A stretch of 64,000 nt of DNA, taken from assembly GCA_963758635.1 (NCBI GenBank), contig CAVWWD010000003.1, positions 704,001-768,000 of the forward strand, written 5' to 3'. Source of the stretch: an uncultured Candidatus Rokubacteria bacterium. Its GTDB lineage: Bacteria; Methylomirabilota; Methylomirabilia; Rokubacteriales; CSP1-6. Below the pieces are notes generated by a model. That model was not told where the DNA came from. It worked only from the letters and a program-made list of their open reading frames with translations, and made no database searches. Each line of letters opens with the position of its first letter. Within the stretch, counting starts at the first letter, position 1. The translations under genes were made by a program, and so were the position numbers. Shown one piece after another: positions 55,402 through 64,000 of this stretch.

Positions 55402-56718
55402 TCAGCGCGCGGGCGGCCTCACGACGACGGTGCGGAGGATGGGCAGGTAGCGGCGGGCCACGCGCTGGAGGTCGGCGACGGTGACCGCCTTCACGTTGGC
55501 CTCGTAGAGATCGAGGAACTCGTGGCCGACCCCGGCGATCTCGTAGCTCGCCAGGTACCAGGCCTGCCGGGCGTTCGTCCGGCGGTCCATGGCGAGGTTG
55601 CCAAGGAGGTAGGCCTTGGCCACCCGCAGCTCCTCGGCGGAGACCGGCTCGCGCTGGACCCGCTCCAGCTCGCCGCGCAGCGCCTGCTCGGACTTCTCGG
55701 CGTTCTCCGGCCCGGTCCCGATCAGGGCGATGAACGCGCTCCGATCGATGCGGGCGCGGTACGTGGCGCCGGTGGTGTACGCCAGGCCCTGCTTGTCCCG
55801 GAGCTCCGAGAAGAAGCGGCCGGACAGGCCGCCGCCGAGCACGGTCGCCAGCACCTTCACGGCGGCGAAGTCCGGATGCGTCGCGGGCGGGGCGAAGGCG
55901 CCCATCAGGATCTGTGCCTGGGCCCCGGGCACCTCGATGACCTCGCGCGAGGCCTCGAGGGCGGGCGGGGAGGGCGCCGGCACCGCGGGCGCGTAGCCCT
56001 CGGGCATGGAGCCGAACAGCCGCGTGACCTCGGCGAGCACCTCGGGGCCCTTCACCCGGCCGCTGACCGCGATCACCATCCCCCCGGGCACGTAGAACCG
56101 CCGGTACTGTGCCACCAGGGTCTCCCGCGTCATCTTCTCGACGCTGTCCCGGTAGCCCAGCGGGTTCCAGCCATAGGGGTGCGTGCCGAAGAGGAGGCGC
56201 CCGAACGTGTCGGAGCCGGCGTCGGCCGGCTTCTCGCCGCGGTTCCGGATCTGCTTGAGGAGGAAGTCCTTGACCGCCTCCGCGGTGGCCTCGGGGACGG
56301 TCGCGTTGCGCGCGACGTCCGCGATGAGACCGAGCATCTCCGCCCAGTGGCGCGAGAGCGCGGTGCCGGCGATCTCGGCGTAGTCCACGTCGGCGTAGGC
56401 GTCCAGCGAGCCGCCCATGCGCTCCGCCGCCTCGATGATCTCGACCCCGTTCTTCGTGGTCGTGCCGCGGACGAGCATGAGCTGCACGAAGTTGCCGATC
56501 CCCGCGCCGGCTCGCGTCTCCCCGCGCGTGCCCATCCGCGTCATCAGCGAGATGGCCACCACGGGGGCGGTCGGGTTCTCGCGCACGAGCACGGTGAGGC
56601 CGTTCGGGAGCTGCGTGCGCGTGACCGACGGCGCCTTCGCCTGCGCCCCGGCGGACGGCGCCGCGGCGAGCGCGACGACGAGCGCGACCACCAGTCCGAG
56701 CGCGCGTCTCGCGGTCAT
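55402..56718 (-). CDS. M16 peptidase, non-catalytic subunit
   Basis: LPNGLTV, MLVRGT without HxxEH, SGRFFSELRDKQGLAY. Confidence 0.88.
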   Translation of the reverse strand: MTARRALGLVVALVVALAAAPSAGAQAKAPSVTRTQLPNGLTVLVRENPTAPVVAISLMTRMGTRGETRAGAGIGNFVQLMLVRGTTTKNGVEIIEAAERMGGSLDAYADVDYAEIAGTALSRHWAEMLGLIADVARNATVPEATAEAVKDFLLKQIRNRGEKPADAGSDTFGRLLFGTHPYGWNPLGYRDSVEKMTRETLVAQYRRFYVPGGMVIAVSGRVKGPEVLAEVTRLFGSMPEGYAPAVPAPSPPALEASREVIEVPGAQAQILMGAFAPPATHPDFAAVKVLATVLGGGLSGRFFSELRDKQGLAYTTGATYRARIDRSAFIALIGTGPENAEKSEQALRGELERVQREPVSAEELRVAKAYLLGNLAMDRRTNARQAWYLASYEIAGVGHEFLDLYEANVKAVTVADLQRVARRYLPILRTVVVRPPAR

Positions 56719-58088
56719 TTCTTCGGCAGGAACGCGATGCGCGCGTAGGTGGTGGTGGAGAAGTACTTGCGGGCCGCGTCGCGGATCTGCTCGCGGGTCA
56801 CCGCCCGCACCGAGTTCAGGTACCGGAGCTCCTCCTCGACCTTCCACGTGGTCTCGGCGAGCCCCAGCGCGTAGGCGAGCCCTTCGGAGGTCTCGTTCTG
56901 GAAGGCGTGGTCGGACTCCGCGCGGGTGATGGCCAGCGTGCGCTCCTGCTCGGTGATGCCCTCCTCTTGCAGTCGGCGGATCTCCTCGAGGATCCGTGCC
57001 TCGACCTTGGCGAGGTCCCCCGCTTCGAGGTCGCACCGGAGGCTCACGAGGCCTCCCCCGGCGAGGGCCGCGTAGGTCATGTTGATCCCGGAGACGATGC
57101 GCTCCTCGTCGCGGAGCTTCCGGGCCAGGCGCGACGAGTCCGTCGCGGCGAGGACGTTGGTGAGCAGATCCACCGCGAAGCTCTCGGGGTCGTCGGCGCG
57201 GGGCGTCTGCCAGCCGAGCGCGAGGTAGGCCTGCTGCTCGGGCCGCTCCACGTCGCGGCTCACCTTCTGCGCGAGCGGCTTCGGCGCGGCGGGGGGCGCG
57301 GGCGCCAGGCCCTGCGGCTTCACGTTCCCGAACGCGCGCATCACGGTGGCGCGCACCGCCGCCCGATCGACGGGCCCGACCACCACGAGCGACATGTTCT
57401 CCGGCGTGTAGTACTTGCGGTTGAACGCGAGGAGCTTCTCGCGCGTGGCCGCGTTCATGGTGGCGGGCGTGCCGAGCACCGGCCGGCCGTACGGGTTGTC
57501 GCCGAACACCAGCCCGTAGAGCTGTCGCACGATGGCCGTGCGCGGGTTGTCGGCCTCGATCCGCGCCTCCTCGAAGATCACCTCGCGCTCGCGCTTGATC
57601 TCCTCGGGGTCGAACTTGGAGCGGAACGCCATCTCGGCGAGCAGCTCGATCGCGGTGGTCGTCTGATCGGAGGGCACGATGATGTAGTAGTTCGTGTAGT
57701 CGAACGAGGTGACGGCGTTGTTGCGCCCGCCCACGCCCTCGGTGGCCCGGTCGATGTGGCCGGGCCCGAAGCGGTCCGTGCCCTTGAAGAGCATGTGCTC
57801 CTGGAAGTGGGCGTAGCCGAGGCCGTCGGGCTCCTCGAGCCGCACGCCCGTGCCCACCCACATGTACACGGCCACGATGTCCGACGCGCGGTGGTCCTGG
57901 ATGATCAGCCGGAAGCCGTTGGGGAGGACCTCGCGGGAGGCGGCGGGGAGGTCCCCATCCGGCCACGTGAGCGTGGCCGCCCCAGGGCGTCGTGGTGGTG
58001 GTGGCCGGGGGTGGTGGCTGTCGTGGCGCATCCGGCGCCCAGCAGCGGCGAGGACGAGCGCCGCTGCGCGGGCGAATCGGCGAGCCAT
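56715..58088 (-). CDS. M16 (pitrilysin-family) zinc peptidase, catalytic subunit
   Basis: AHFQEHMLFKGT, NAVTSFDYTNY, EREVIFEE; N-terminal signal scrambled by indels. Confidence 0.9.
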   Translation of the reverse strand: MARRFARAAALVLAAAGRRMRHDSHHPRPPPPRRPGAATLTWPDGDLPAASREVLPNGFRLIIQDHRASDIVAVYMWVGTGVRLEEPDGLGYAHFQEHMLFKGTDRFGPGHIDRATEGVGGRNNAVTSFDYTNYYIIVPSDQTTTAIELLAEMAFRSKFDPEEIKREREVIFEEARIEADNPRTAIVRQLYGLVFGDNPYGRPVLGTPATMNAATREKLLAFNRKYYTPENMSLVVVGPVDRAAVRATVMRAFGNVKPQGLAPAPPAAPKPLAQKVSRDVERPEQQAYLALGWQTPRADDPESFAVDLLTNVLAATDSSRLARKLRDEERIVSGINMTYAALAGGGLVSLRCDLEAGDLAKVEARILEEIRRLQEEGITEQERTLAITRAESDHAFQNETSEGLAYALGLAETTWKVEEELRYLNSVRAVTREQIRDAARKYFSTTTYARIAFLPKK

Positions 58089-58167
58089 GCGCCGGATTAT
58101 ACCCGATGCGGTGTCCGGCCACGCGCCCGATTCCGCGGGCCGCGGCGCGCGCGGCGAAGGTGCCGCG

Positions 58168-58863
58168 TCAGACGGGGACGACGGCGCCGGTGACGGCGCC
58201 CGCCTCGTCCGAGGCGAGGAACCCGATGGCCGCGGCCACCGCATCGGTGGACACCCAGCCCGACCGATCGGCGTCGGGCATGGCCGCGCGGTTGCCGGGC
58301 GTGTCCATGGTGCTCGGGGCCACCGCGTTCACCGTGATGCCGTGGGCGCGGACCTCCTGGGCGAGGGCCTGCGTGAGCGTGATCACCGCGGCCTTGCTCA
58401 CGGTGTAGGCGATGAAGCCGCCGGACGGGGCGAGCACCGCGCGCGAGGCGATGTTCACGATCCGCCCGTAGCGCGCGCCGGTCATCGCGGGGAGCACGCC
58501 ACGGCACGCGACGACGACCGAGGTGAGGTTCAGGTCCATCATCCGCCGCCACTCCGCGACGGAGGTCGAGGCGAGGTCGCCGCCGGCGAAGCCGCCCACG
58601 ATGTTCACCAGGATGTCGAGCCGCCCGTGGCGGTCGAGGACGCCGCGGACGAAGCCGCCGAGGGCCGCCTCGTCGGTCACGTCCACGTGCTCGGCGTGAA
58701 GGCGCGGCAGGTGCTCGGGCGGGACGGCGGCGCGCAGGCGCTCCACCTCGGCGGGGACCACGTAGGGGATGCACACGATGGCGCCGGCGGCGAGGAGCCG
58801 GCGCGACACGGCCTGGCCGAGCGCGCCCGCCCCGCCGGTGAGGACGGCGACGCGGCCCGTCAC
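58168..58863 (-). CDS. SDR oxidoreductase
   Basis: TGGAGALG, YTVSK, NAVAPSTMDTP. Confidence 0.9.
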   Translation of the reverse strand: MTGRVAVLTGGAGALGQAVSRRLLAAGAIVCIPYVVPAEVERLRAAVPPEHLPRLHAEHVDVTDEAALGGFVRGVLDRHGRLDILVNIVGGFAGGDLASTSVAEWRRMMDLNLTSVVVACRGVLPAMTGARYGRIVNIASRAVLAPSGGFIAYTVSKAAVITLTQALAQEVRAHGITVNAVAPSTMDTPGNRAAMPDADRSGWVSTDAVAAAIGFLASDEAGAVTGAVVPV

Positions 58864-59160
58864 GAGGCGTTCCCGGCCGCCGCGGTGATGGCGGCGGCCA
58901 GCTGGAAGTCCAGCGCGGTGATGCCGCCGGCGTCGTGGGTGTTGAGGCTCACGATCACCCGGTTCCAGCTGTTGCACCAGTCCGGGTGATGCTCGAGGCG
59001 CTCGGCGGCCAGCGCCACGCGGCTCATGAAGCCCCAGGCCTCGCTGAACCCGGGGAAGGTGAACTCGCGATGCAGGGAGCCGTCCTGGAGGCTCCAGCCG
59101 GGCAGCGCGGGTGAGGCGATCGGCGATCTCGGCGTCGGAGAGCTTGGCGGGACGGGCCAC
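58860..59160 (-). CDS. Pterin-4-alpha-carbinolamine dehydratase (frameshift near 59105)
   Basis: KLSDAEI.. then PGWSL..LHREFTF..FMSRVALAAERLEHHPDW..THDAGGITALD. Confidence 0.88.
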
Positions 59161-59166
59161 GACCGT

Positions 59167-60078
59167 TCAGTCCGCGGCGCGGCGCGGCCATGAGGCCGGC
59201 GCGCTGGATGTCCTCGTAGCGCACGCCGCCCACGTCGAACGCCTCGACGTTGGCCCGGAGCTTCTTGAAGGTCTGCTCGAAGCCCGGCAGCGTCTTGCGC
59301 TGGCGGGTGAGCGGGGTCGTGCGCGCGAGCACGTAGTTCTTCACGTAGGGATGCCGGATGCCGCGCTTCTTCAGCTTGTCCACCGCCCTGGCGAGGGCCT
59401 CGTCGGCCTCCGACACCATCTGGGCTCGCTCCTCGCGCTCCCCCAGCGTGTCGCGGAAGCGTCCCTTCAGGAACTTGTCGACGCGGCGCAGGATCGGCGC
59501 GAAGGCGCCGCCCGAGAAGCGCTTGTTCCCCTCGTAGAGGACGCCCAGCGTGATGAAGTGCGGCGCCTCGAACTGGAAGGCGTAGTCCTCCTCGCCGCTC
59601 GTCGGCTCGTCGACGGCGAGGCCGCGGTACATGCGGATCACCTCGAGCGACTTCTCCTTGAGGTTGTGGGCCTTCTCGGTGTTCAGCGCGAGGATCTGGA
59701 ACGCCACCTCGGGCTCGGGCACCAGGATCGCGGGCACGTACTTGGCCTTGAGCTTCTCGAGCGCCACGCGGCGGTGGTTGCCGTTCGGCGTCCAGTACAC
59801 GCCGGGGCGGGGGACATGGCGACGATCGGATCGACGAACCGATCGATCTTCTTCACCATTTCCTGGAGGCGCTTGGCGTGGGTGGGCGAGAGGTCGCGCT
59901 GGTACGGCGTCGGCTCGACCTTGGCCATGGGCAGGAGGCAGAACACGTGCCAGTGACGGCCCACGGGATCGCGGTAGATCGCGAGCGCCTGTCCGCCGTC
60001 CTCGACCACGCGCTCGGCCAGCGCCGTCACCGCCCGCGGCGGCTCTTCGTCCGGATACATTGTCCAGCGTGCTGACAT
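59167..60078 (-). CDS. ParB/Srx N-terminal-domain protein (frameshift near 59812, end uncertain)
   Basis: PTPYQRDLS, FVDPI, YWTPNGNHRR, LALNTEKAHNLKEK. Confidence 0.8.
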
Positions 60079-60093
60079 CGAGCCTCCCCCAGA

Positions 60094-61109
60094 TTATGCC
60101 CGACCCGCGCCGCCCGCCACGGCCGCCGCGCTCGCCCCCCGCGTCGCCCACCGCCGCACCGCATCCCGCAGGCTCCCGTAGATCCCGGCGGGCAGGAAGA
60201 TGATGCAGAGGATCAGCACGAGCCCGTAGATCGTCTCCGCCATGCCGACCAGCTTGATGCCGAAGGCGATGCGCAGGGACTCGGCCAGCGCCACCGTGAG
60301 CGCGGTGCCCACCGTGGGGCCGAGCAGGGTGTACATGCCGCCGAGCACGACGGCGAACACGATGCGCAGCGAGACGCCGATCCCGGCCAGCGTCTCGGGG
60401 TTCACGTAGGTGAAGTACTGGGCGTAGAGGACGCCGCCCACCGCGGTCAGAGCGGCCGAGAGCACGGTGATGCCGAGCTTCACCCGCGTCACGCGGATGC
60501 CCACCGAGGCGGCCGCCGCCTCGTCCTCGCCGATGGCCTCCAGCGCCGAGCGCGCCATGCTCCGGTCCACCCGATGCCAGACGTAGAGCCCGACGAGCCA
60601 CACCGCCACCGACACGTAGTAGAAGACGCGCTTGTCGGTGAACTGGATGCGCCCACACGCTCGCCTCCGCGCCCGACGGCTTCACGGTGAGCCCGAGCGA
60701 CCCGCCCGTCCAGTCCCGCTCCGCGATGATGAGCAGCCGGATGACCTCGCCCACCGCCAGCGTGACGAGCCCGAAGTAGTGGCCCACCACCTGGAAGCGG
60801 AAGCACGGGTAGCCGAGGACGAGGGCGAGGAGCACCGCGCCGGCCACCGCCCCCACCACGCCGAGCCACGGCGTCACGCCGAAGAAGTTCCAGAGGAGCG
60901 TGGTCGTGTACGCGCCGATGCCGAGGAAGGCGCCGTGTCCGAGCGAGACCAGCGAGAAGCGGCCCATGAGCGAGAAGGCGCCGCCGATGAACGACCAGAT
61001 GAAGATCTGCACGAGCACGTGGAGGACGTACTGCTGGCCGGCGCCGAGGGGCACGAAGGGGGCGAGGGCGATCGAGCGCGAGCAGGGCGCCGCCGAGGAT
61101 GCGTCGCAT
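60094..61109 (-). CDS. ABC permease (LivM-like), frameshifts near 61070 and 60650
   Basis: VSLGHGAF.GIGAY, YFGLVTLA, AIGEDEAAA, VLGGM..LLGP in successive frames. Confidence 0.85.
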
Positions 61110-61115
61110 CGCGGA

Positions 61116-61982
61116 TCAGTCCCGGCGCGCCAGGATGCCGCCGGGGCGGGCGAACATCATGACGATGAAGAGCAGGAAGGCGATGACGTAGCCCATCTCC
61201 GTCGACGTGACGACCCCGCCGATCGAGATGATCTCGCTCATGATGAACGAGGCCACGAACGCCCCCACCATGTTCCCCAGGCCGCCGAGCACGCAGATCA
61301 TGAACGTGAGCGGCCCGAAGGCGGCGCCGAAGAAGGGATGCACCGAGTACTGGATGATGAGCAGCGCGCCGGCGAGCCCGGCCATGGCCCCGCCGACCGC
61401 GGAGGTGACCACGTACACGCGCTGGGGGTTGGCGCCCATGAGCCGCATGGCGTCGCGGTCCTGGGCCACGGCGCGGATGGCGGTGCCGATGAAGGTGCGG
61501 GTCAGGAACAGGTAGAGGCCGACCATGGCCAGGATGGCCACGCCGAAGGCGATGAGCCGGGCGAAGGAGAGGAAGATCCCCGCGATCTCGATGGTGGGCA
61601 GGTCGAGCCGCACCGTGCGGTGGTCGGTGGTCCAGAGGAACGTGGCGAACGACTGCAGGAAGAAGAGGAGGCCGCCGGTGGCGAGGAGCTGGTTCACGGG
61701 CGCGCTCGTGAGGATGGGCGAGATGATCAGGAGGTGCACGGCGACGCCGAGGAGGGCGCCGAGCCCGATCGACGCGATGCCGGCCAGCCAGATCGGCCAC
61801 CCGTAGCCGGTCACCAGGAAGTAGACCCCGTACATGCACAGCATGACGAGGTCCACGTAGACGATCCAGACGATGTCGAGCACGCCGAAGATGAGGTTCA
61901 GCCCGAGCGCGAGGAGCGCGAGGACGCCGCCGAGCAGGATGCCGTTGAGCGCGGCCTCGAGGAGGAAGATGGGGTCGATCAC
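61116..61982 (-). CDS. ABC permease (LivH-like)
   Basis: LGLNLIFGV, GTAIRAVAQD, VLGGLGNMVGA. Confidence 0.93.
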   Translation of the reverse strand: MIDPIFLLEAALNGILLGGVLALLALGLNLIFGVLDIVWIVYVDLVMLCMYGVYFLVTGYGWPIWLAGIASIGLGALLGVAVHLLIISPILTSAPVNQLLATGGLLFFLQSFATFLWTTDHRTVRLDLPTIEIAGIFLSFARLIAFGVAILAMVGLYLFLTRTFIGTAIRAVAQDRDAMRLMGANPQRVYVVTSAVGGAMAGLAGALLIIQYSVHPFFGAAFGPLTFMICVLGGLGNMVGAFVASFIMSEIISIGGVVTSTEMGYVIAFLLFIVMMFARPGGILARRD

Positions 61983-62068
61983 GGCGGGTCGTCGAGGAGG
62001 CGCTCAGGCGAGGGGACGCTCATGGGGCTCTCATGCGTTTGGACATATCGTCGCTCGCCACGGCTCAC

Positions 62069-62791
62069 TCACAGACCCACATAGGCTTTGCGGACGAAGT
62101 CCTGCTCGGCGAGGTCGGCGGCGCGGCCTTCCATCTTGATGCGGCCCACCTCGAGGAGGTAGGCGCGGTCCACGAGCTTGAGGACCTGGCGCACGTTCTG
62201 CTCGACCACGAGGATCGTGTAGCCCTCCTCCCGCACGCGCCGGATGAGGTCGAAGAGCCGCAGGACCATGACCGGCGCCAGGCCCATCGACGGCTCGTCG
62301 AGCAGGATGAGCTTGGGCCGCGACATGAGGGCCCGCCCGATGGCGAGCATCTGCTGCTCGCCGCCGGACAGGCTGCCCGCGCGCTGCTTCTGCCGCTCGG
62401 CGAGCACGGGGAAGAGCGTGTAGACCCGCTCCAGGCTCTCCCGGTACGCGCGCCGCGCCGAGGGCAGGAAGGCGCCCATGCGGAGGTTGTCGGCCACGGA
62501 GAGCAGCGGGAAGATGCGCCGGCCCTCGGGCACGTGCGCCACGCCGTGGGCCACGATGTCGTGGGCGGGCGTGCCGGCGAGCGACGCGCCCTCGAACCGG
62601 AGCTCGCCCGACCGCGGCGTGACGAGCCCGGAGATGACCCGCATCAGCGTGGTCTTCCCCGCGCCGTTGGGCCCGACCACGGCCACCGCCTCGCCCGCCG
62701 TCACCTGGAGGTCCACGTCCCAGAGCGCGGTGAACTGGTCGTAGCCGGCGGTGACCCGGGAGAGCGCGAGCATCGGGGCGGGCGCGCTCAC
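62069..62791 (-). CDS. ABC ATP-binding protein (LivF-like)
   Basis: GPNGAGKTT, VPEGRRIF, LSGGEQQM, DEPSMGLAP. Confidence 0.94.
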   Translation of the reverse strand: MSAPAPMLALSRVTAGYDQFTALWDVDLQVTAGEAVAVVGPNGAGKTTLMRVISGLVTPRSGELRFEGASLAGTPAHDIVAHGVAHVPEGRRIFPLLSVADNLRMGAFLPSARRAYRESLERVYTLFPVLAERQKQRAGSLSGGEQQMLAIGRALMSRPKLILLDEPSMGLAPVMVLRLFDLIRRVREEGYTILVVEQNVRQVLKLVDRAYLLEVGRIKMEGRAADLAEQDFVRKAYVGL

Positions 62792-63519
62792 GCGAGAACG
62801 ATCTTCTCGCCGAGGTACGCCTCGACGACGCGCGGGTCCTCGGCCACCTCGAGCGGCCGCCCCTCGGCGATCTTCTCGCCGTGGTCGAGCACCACCACGC
62901 GGTCCACCACGCGCATGAGGGTGGCCATGATGTGCTCGACCCACACGATCGTGATGCCGAGCTCGGCCCGGATCCGCTTGAGCATCTCGGCCGCGCCCGC
63001 CATCTCGCCCGGGTCGAGCCCGCCGAGGCTCTCGTCGGCGAGGAGCAGCGTGGGGCCGGTGGCGAGCGCGCGCGCCAGCTCGAGCTTCTTGAGCCCGCCC
63101 GCGCCGAGGAGCGCCGTCGACGCCTCGGGATCCGCCGGGAGCCCCACGAGCTCGAGCACCTCGCGCGCGCGGGCGCGGGCCGCCGCTTCCGTGGTGCCCG
63201 TGTTGGAGCCGTAGTGGGCGGCCACGGCGACGTTCTCGAGGATGGTCAGCTTCCGGAACGGGCGGGGGATCTGGAACGTGCGGGCGATGCCGCGGTGGCA
63301 GACCTTGTCGGGCGTGAGGCCCGCGATCTCCTCGCCGCGGAAGCGGATGCTCCCCGCGCTGGGCGCGAGCGCGCCGGAGGCGCAGTTGAACAGCGTGGTC
63401 TTCCCCGACCCGTTCGGGCCGATGAGGCCGAGGATCTCGCCCTCCTGCACCTCGAAGGACACCTGCTGCAGCGCGGTGAACCCGCCGAACCGCTTGGTGA
63501 GCCCGGACACGTTGAGCAC
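62788..63519 (-). CDS. ABC ATP-binding protein (LivG-like)
   Basis: GPNGSGKTT, IARTFQIP, WVEHIM, EAYLG. Confidence 0.93.
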   Translation of the reverse strand: MLNVSGLTKRFGGFTALQQVSFEVQEGEILGLIGPNGSGKTTLFNCASGALAPSAGSIRFRGEEIAGLTPDKVCHRGIARTFQIPRPFRKLTILENVAVAAHYGSNTGTTEAAARARAREVLELVGLPADPEASTALLGAGGLKKLELARALATGPTLLLADESLGGLDPGEMAGAAEMLKRIRAELGITIVWVEHIMATLMRVVDRVVVLDHGEKIAEGRPLEVAEDPRVVEAYLGEKIVLA

Positions 63520-63531
63520 GGGGGAGGACGT

Positions 63532-63564
63532 GGCGCCGGGGCGGCGTGCAACCGCCCCGGCGCC
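63532..63564 (-). other. Stem-loop between SBP and ATPase genes
   Basis: GGCGCCGGGGCGG-CGTGCAA-CCGCCCCGGCGCC, 13-bp perfect stem. Confidence 0.6.
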
Positions 63565-63592
63565 GGATCGTTTCAGGCAATCGCGCGAATGC

Positions 63593-64000
63593 CTAGCCGC
63601 GCGCCGCCCACGGCGAGGACGCGGGCAGAGGCAGGATGGGCCCGGACGTCGAGACGGCCTTGGGGAACACCACCTCGAAGCGTCCCTCGTGGATCTGGAA
63701 CACCACGGGGAAGGCGCGCTCGTTCTGGCCCCGCATCGGGTTGCCCTCACCGAGGAACTTCACGCCGTAGCCCATCATGGTGCCGCCGTCGGGGATGTCG
63801 GTCTCCCGGGCGGCGCGCGCGAGGGCGTCGGGCCCGATCCCGCCGTGCTTGAGGATGGCCCGCGGCACCACGTCGTTCAGGAGGATCCACAGGTTGTTGA
63901 AGCCCATCGACACGTGGGGCGCGATGGCGCGCGCCTGCATGTTGGGCTCGAACTCCTTCTGGTAGCGCCGCACCATCTCCGCGGTGAGGTCGCCGATGCC
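63593..64000 (-). CDS. Liv-type substrate-binding protein, C-terminal part (runs off the window)
   Basis: GYGVKF...GQNERAFPVVFQ...VVFP; sits at the head of the liv cluster. Confidence 0.8.
   Translation of the reverse strand, partial: GIGDLTAEMVRRYQKEFEPNMQARAIAPHVSMGFNNLWILLNDVVPRAILKHGGIGPDALARAARETDIPDGGTMMGYGVKFLGEGNPMRGQNERAFPVVFQIHEGRFEVVFPKAVSTSGPILPLPASSPWAARG

Overview
A very GC-rich bacterial chromosomal window with about 65 genes; the content (two Liv-type ABC transporter sets, caa3 oxidase, PAC2, paired acyl-CoA dehydrogenases) suggests Candidatus Rokubacteria/Methylomirabilota, which is an inference. In order: lepA; a nucleotide-sugar operon; a complete caa3-type cytochrome c oxidase and heme A cluster; an acyl-CoA/aromatic-acid uptake and catabolism cluster; assorted hydrolases and SDRs; a divergent puuD-like/ggt pair; an ftsH-degP-dnaJ-clpB proteostasis block; a PAC2 gene; squalene synthase with an hpnA-like gene; FecR and TPR proteins; a solo Cas4/RecB-like nuclease; an M16 protease pair; an orphan ParB-like gene; and a second Liv transporter. 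I found no rRNA, tRNA, CRISPR array or transposase. About nine genes carry single-base frameshifts, probably consensus errors. The most interesting signals are non-genic or tiny: (i) operon junctions filled by translationally coupled mini-ORFs that copy the downstream gene's start, including a 6x37-bp tandem array; (ii) several families of short palindromic or MITE-like repeats, some supplying stop codons; (iii) many -10 boxes only 6-9 nt before start codons, implying leaderless mRNAs; (iv) a 20-codon sORF with its own promoter and RBS; (v) a 91-aa CoxII-transmembrane-like protein heading the oxidase operon behind a CRP/FNR-type box.
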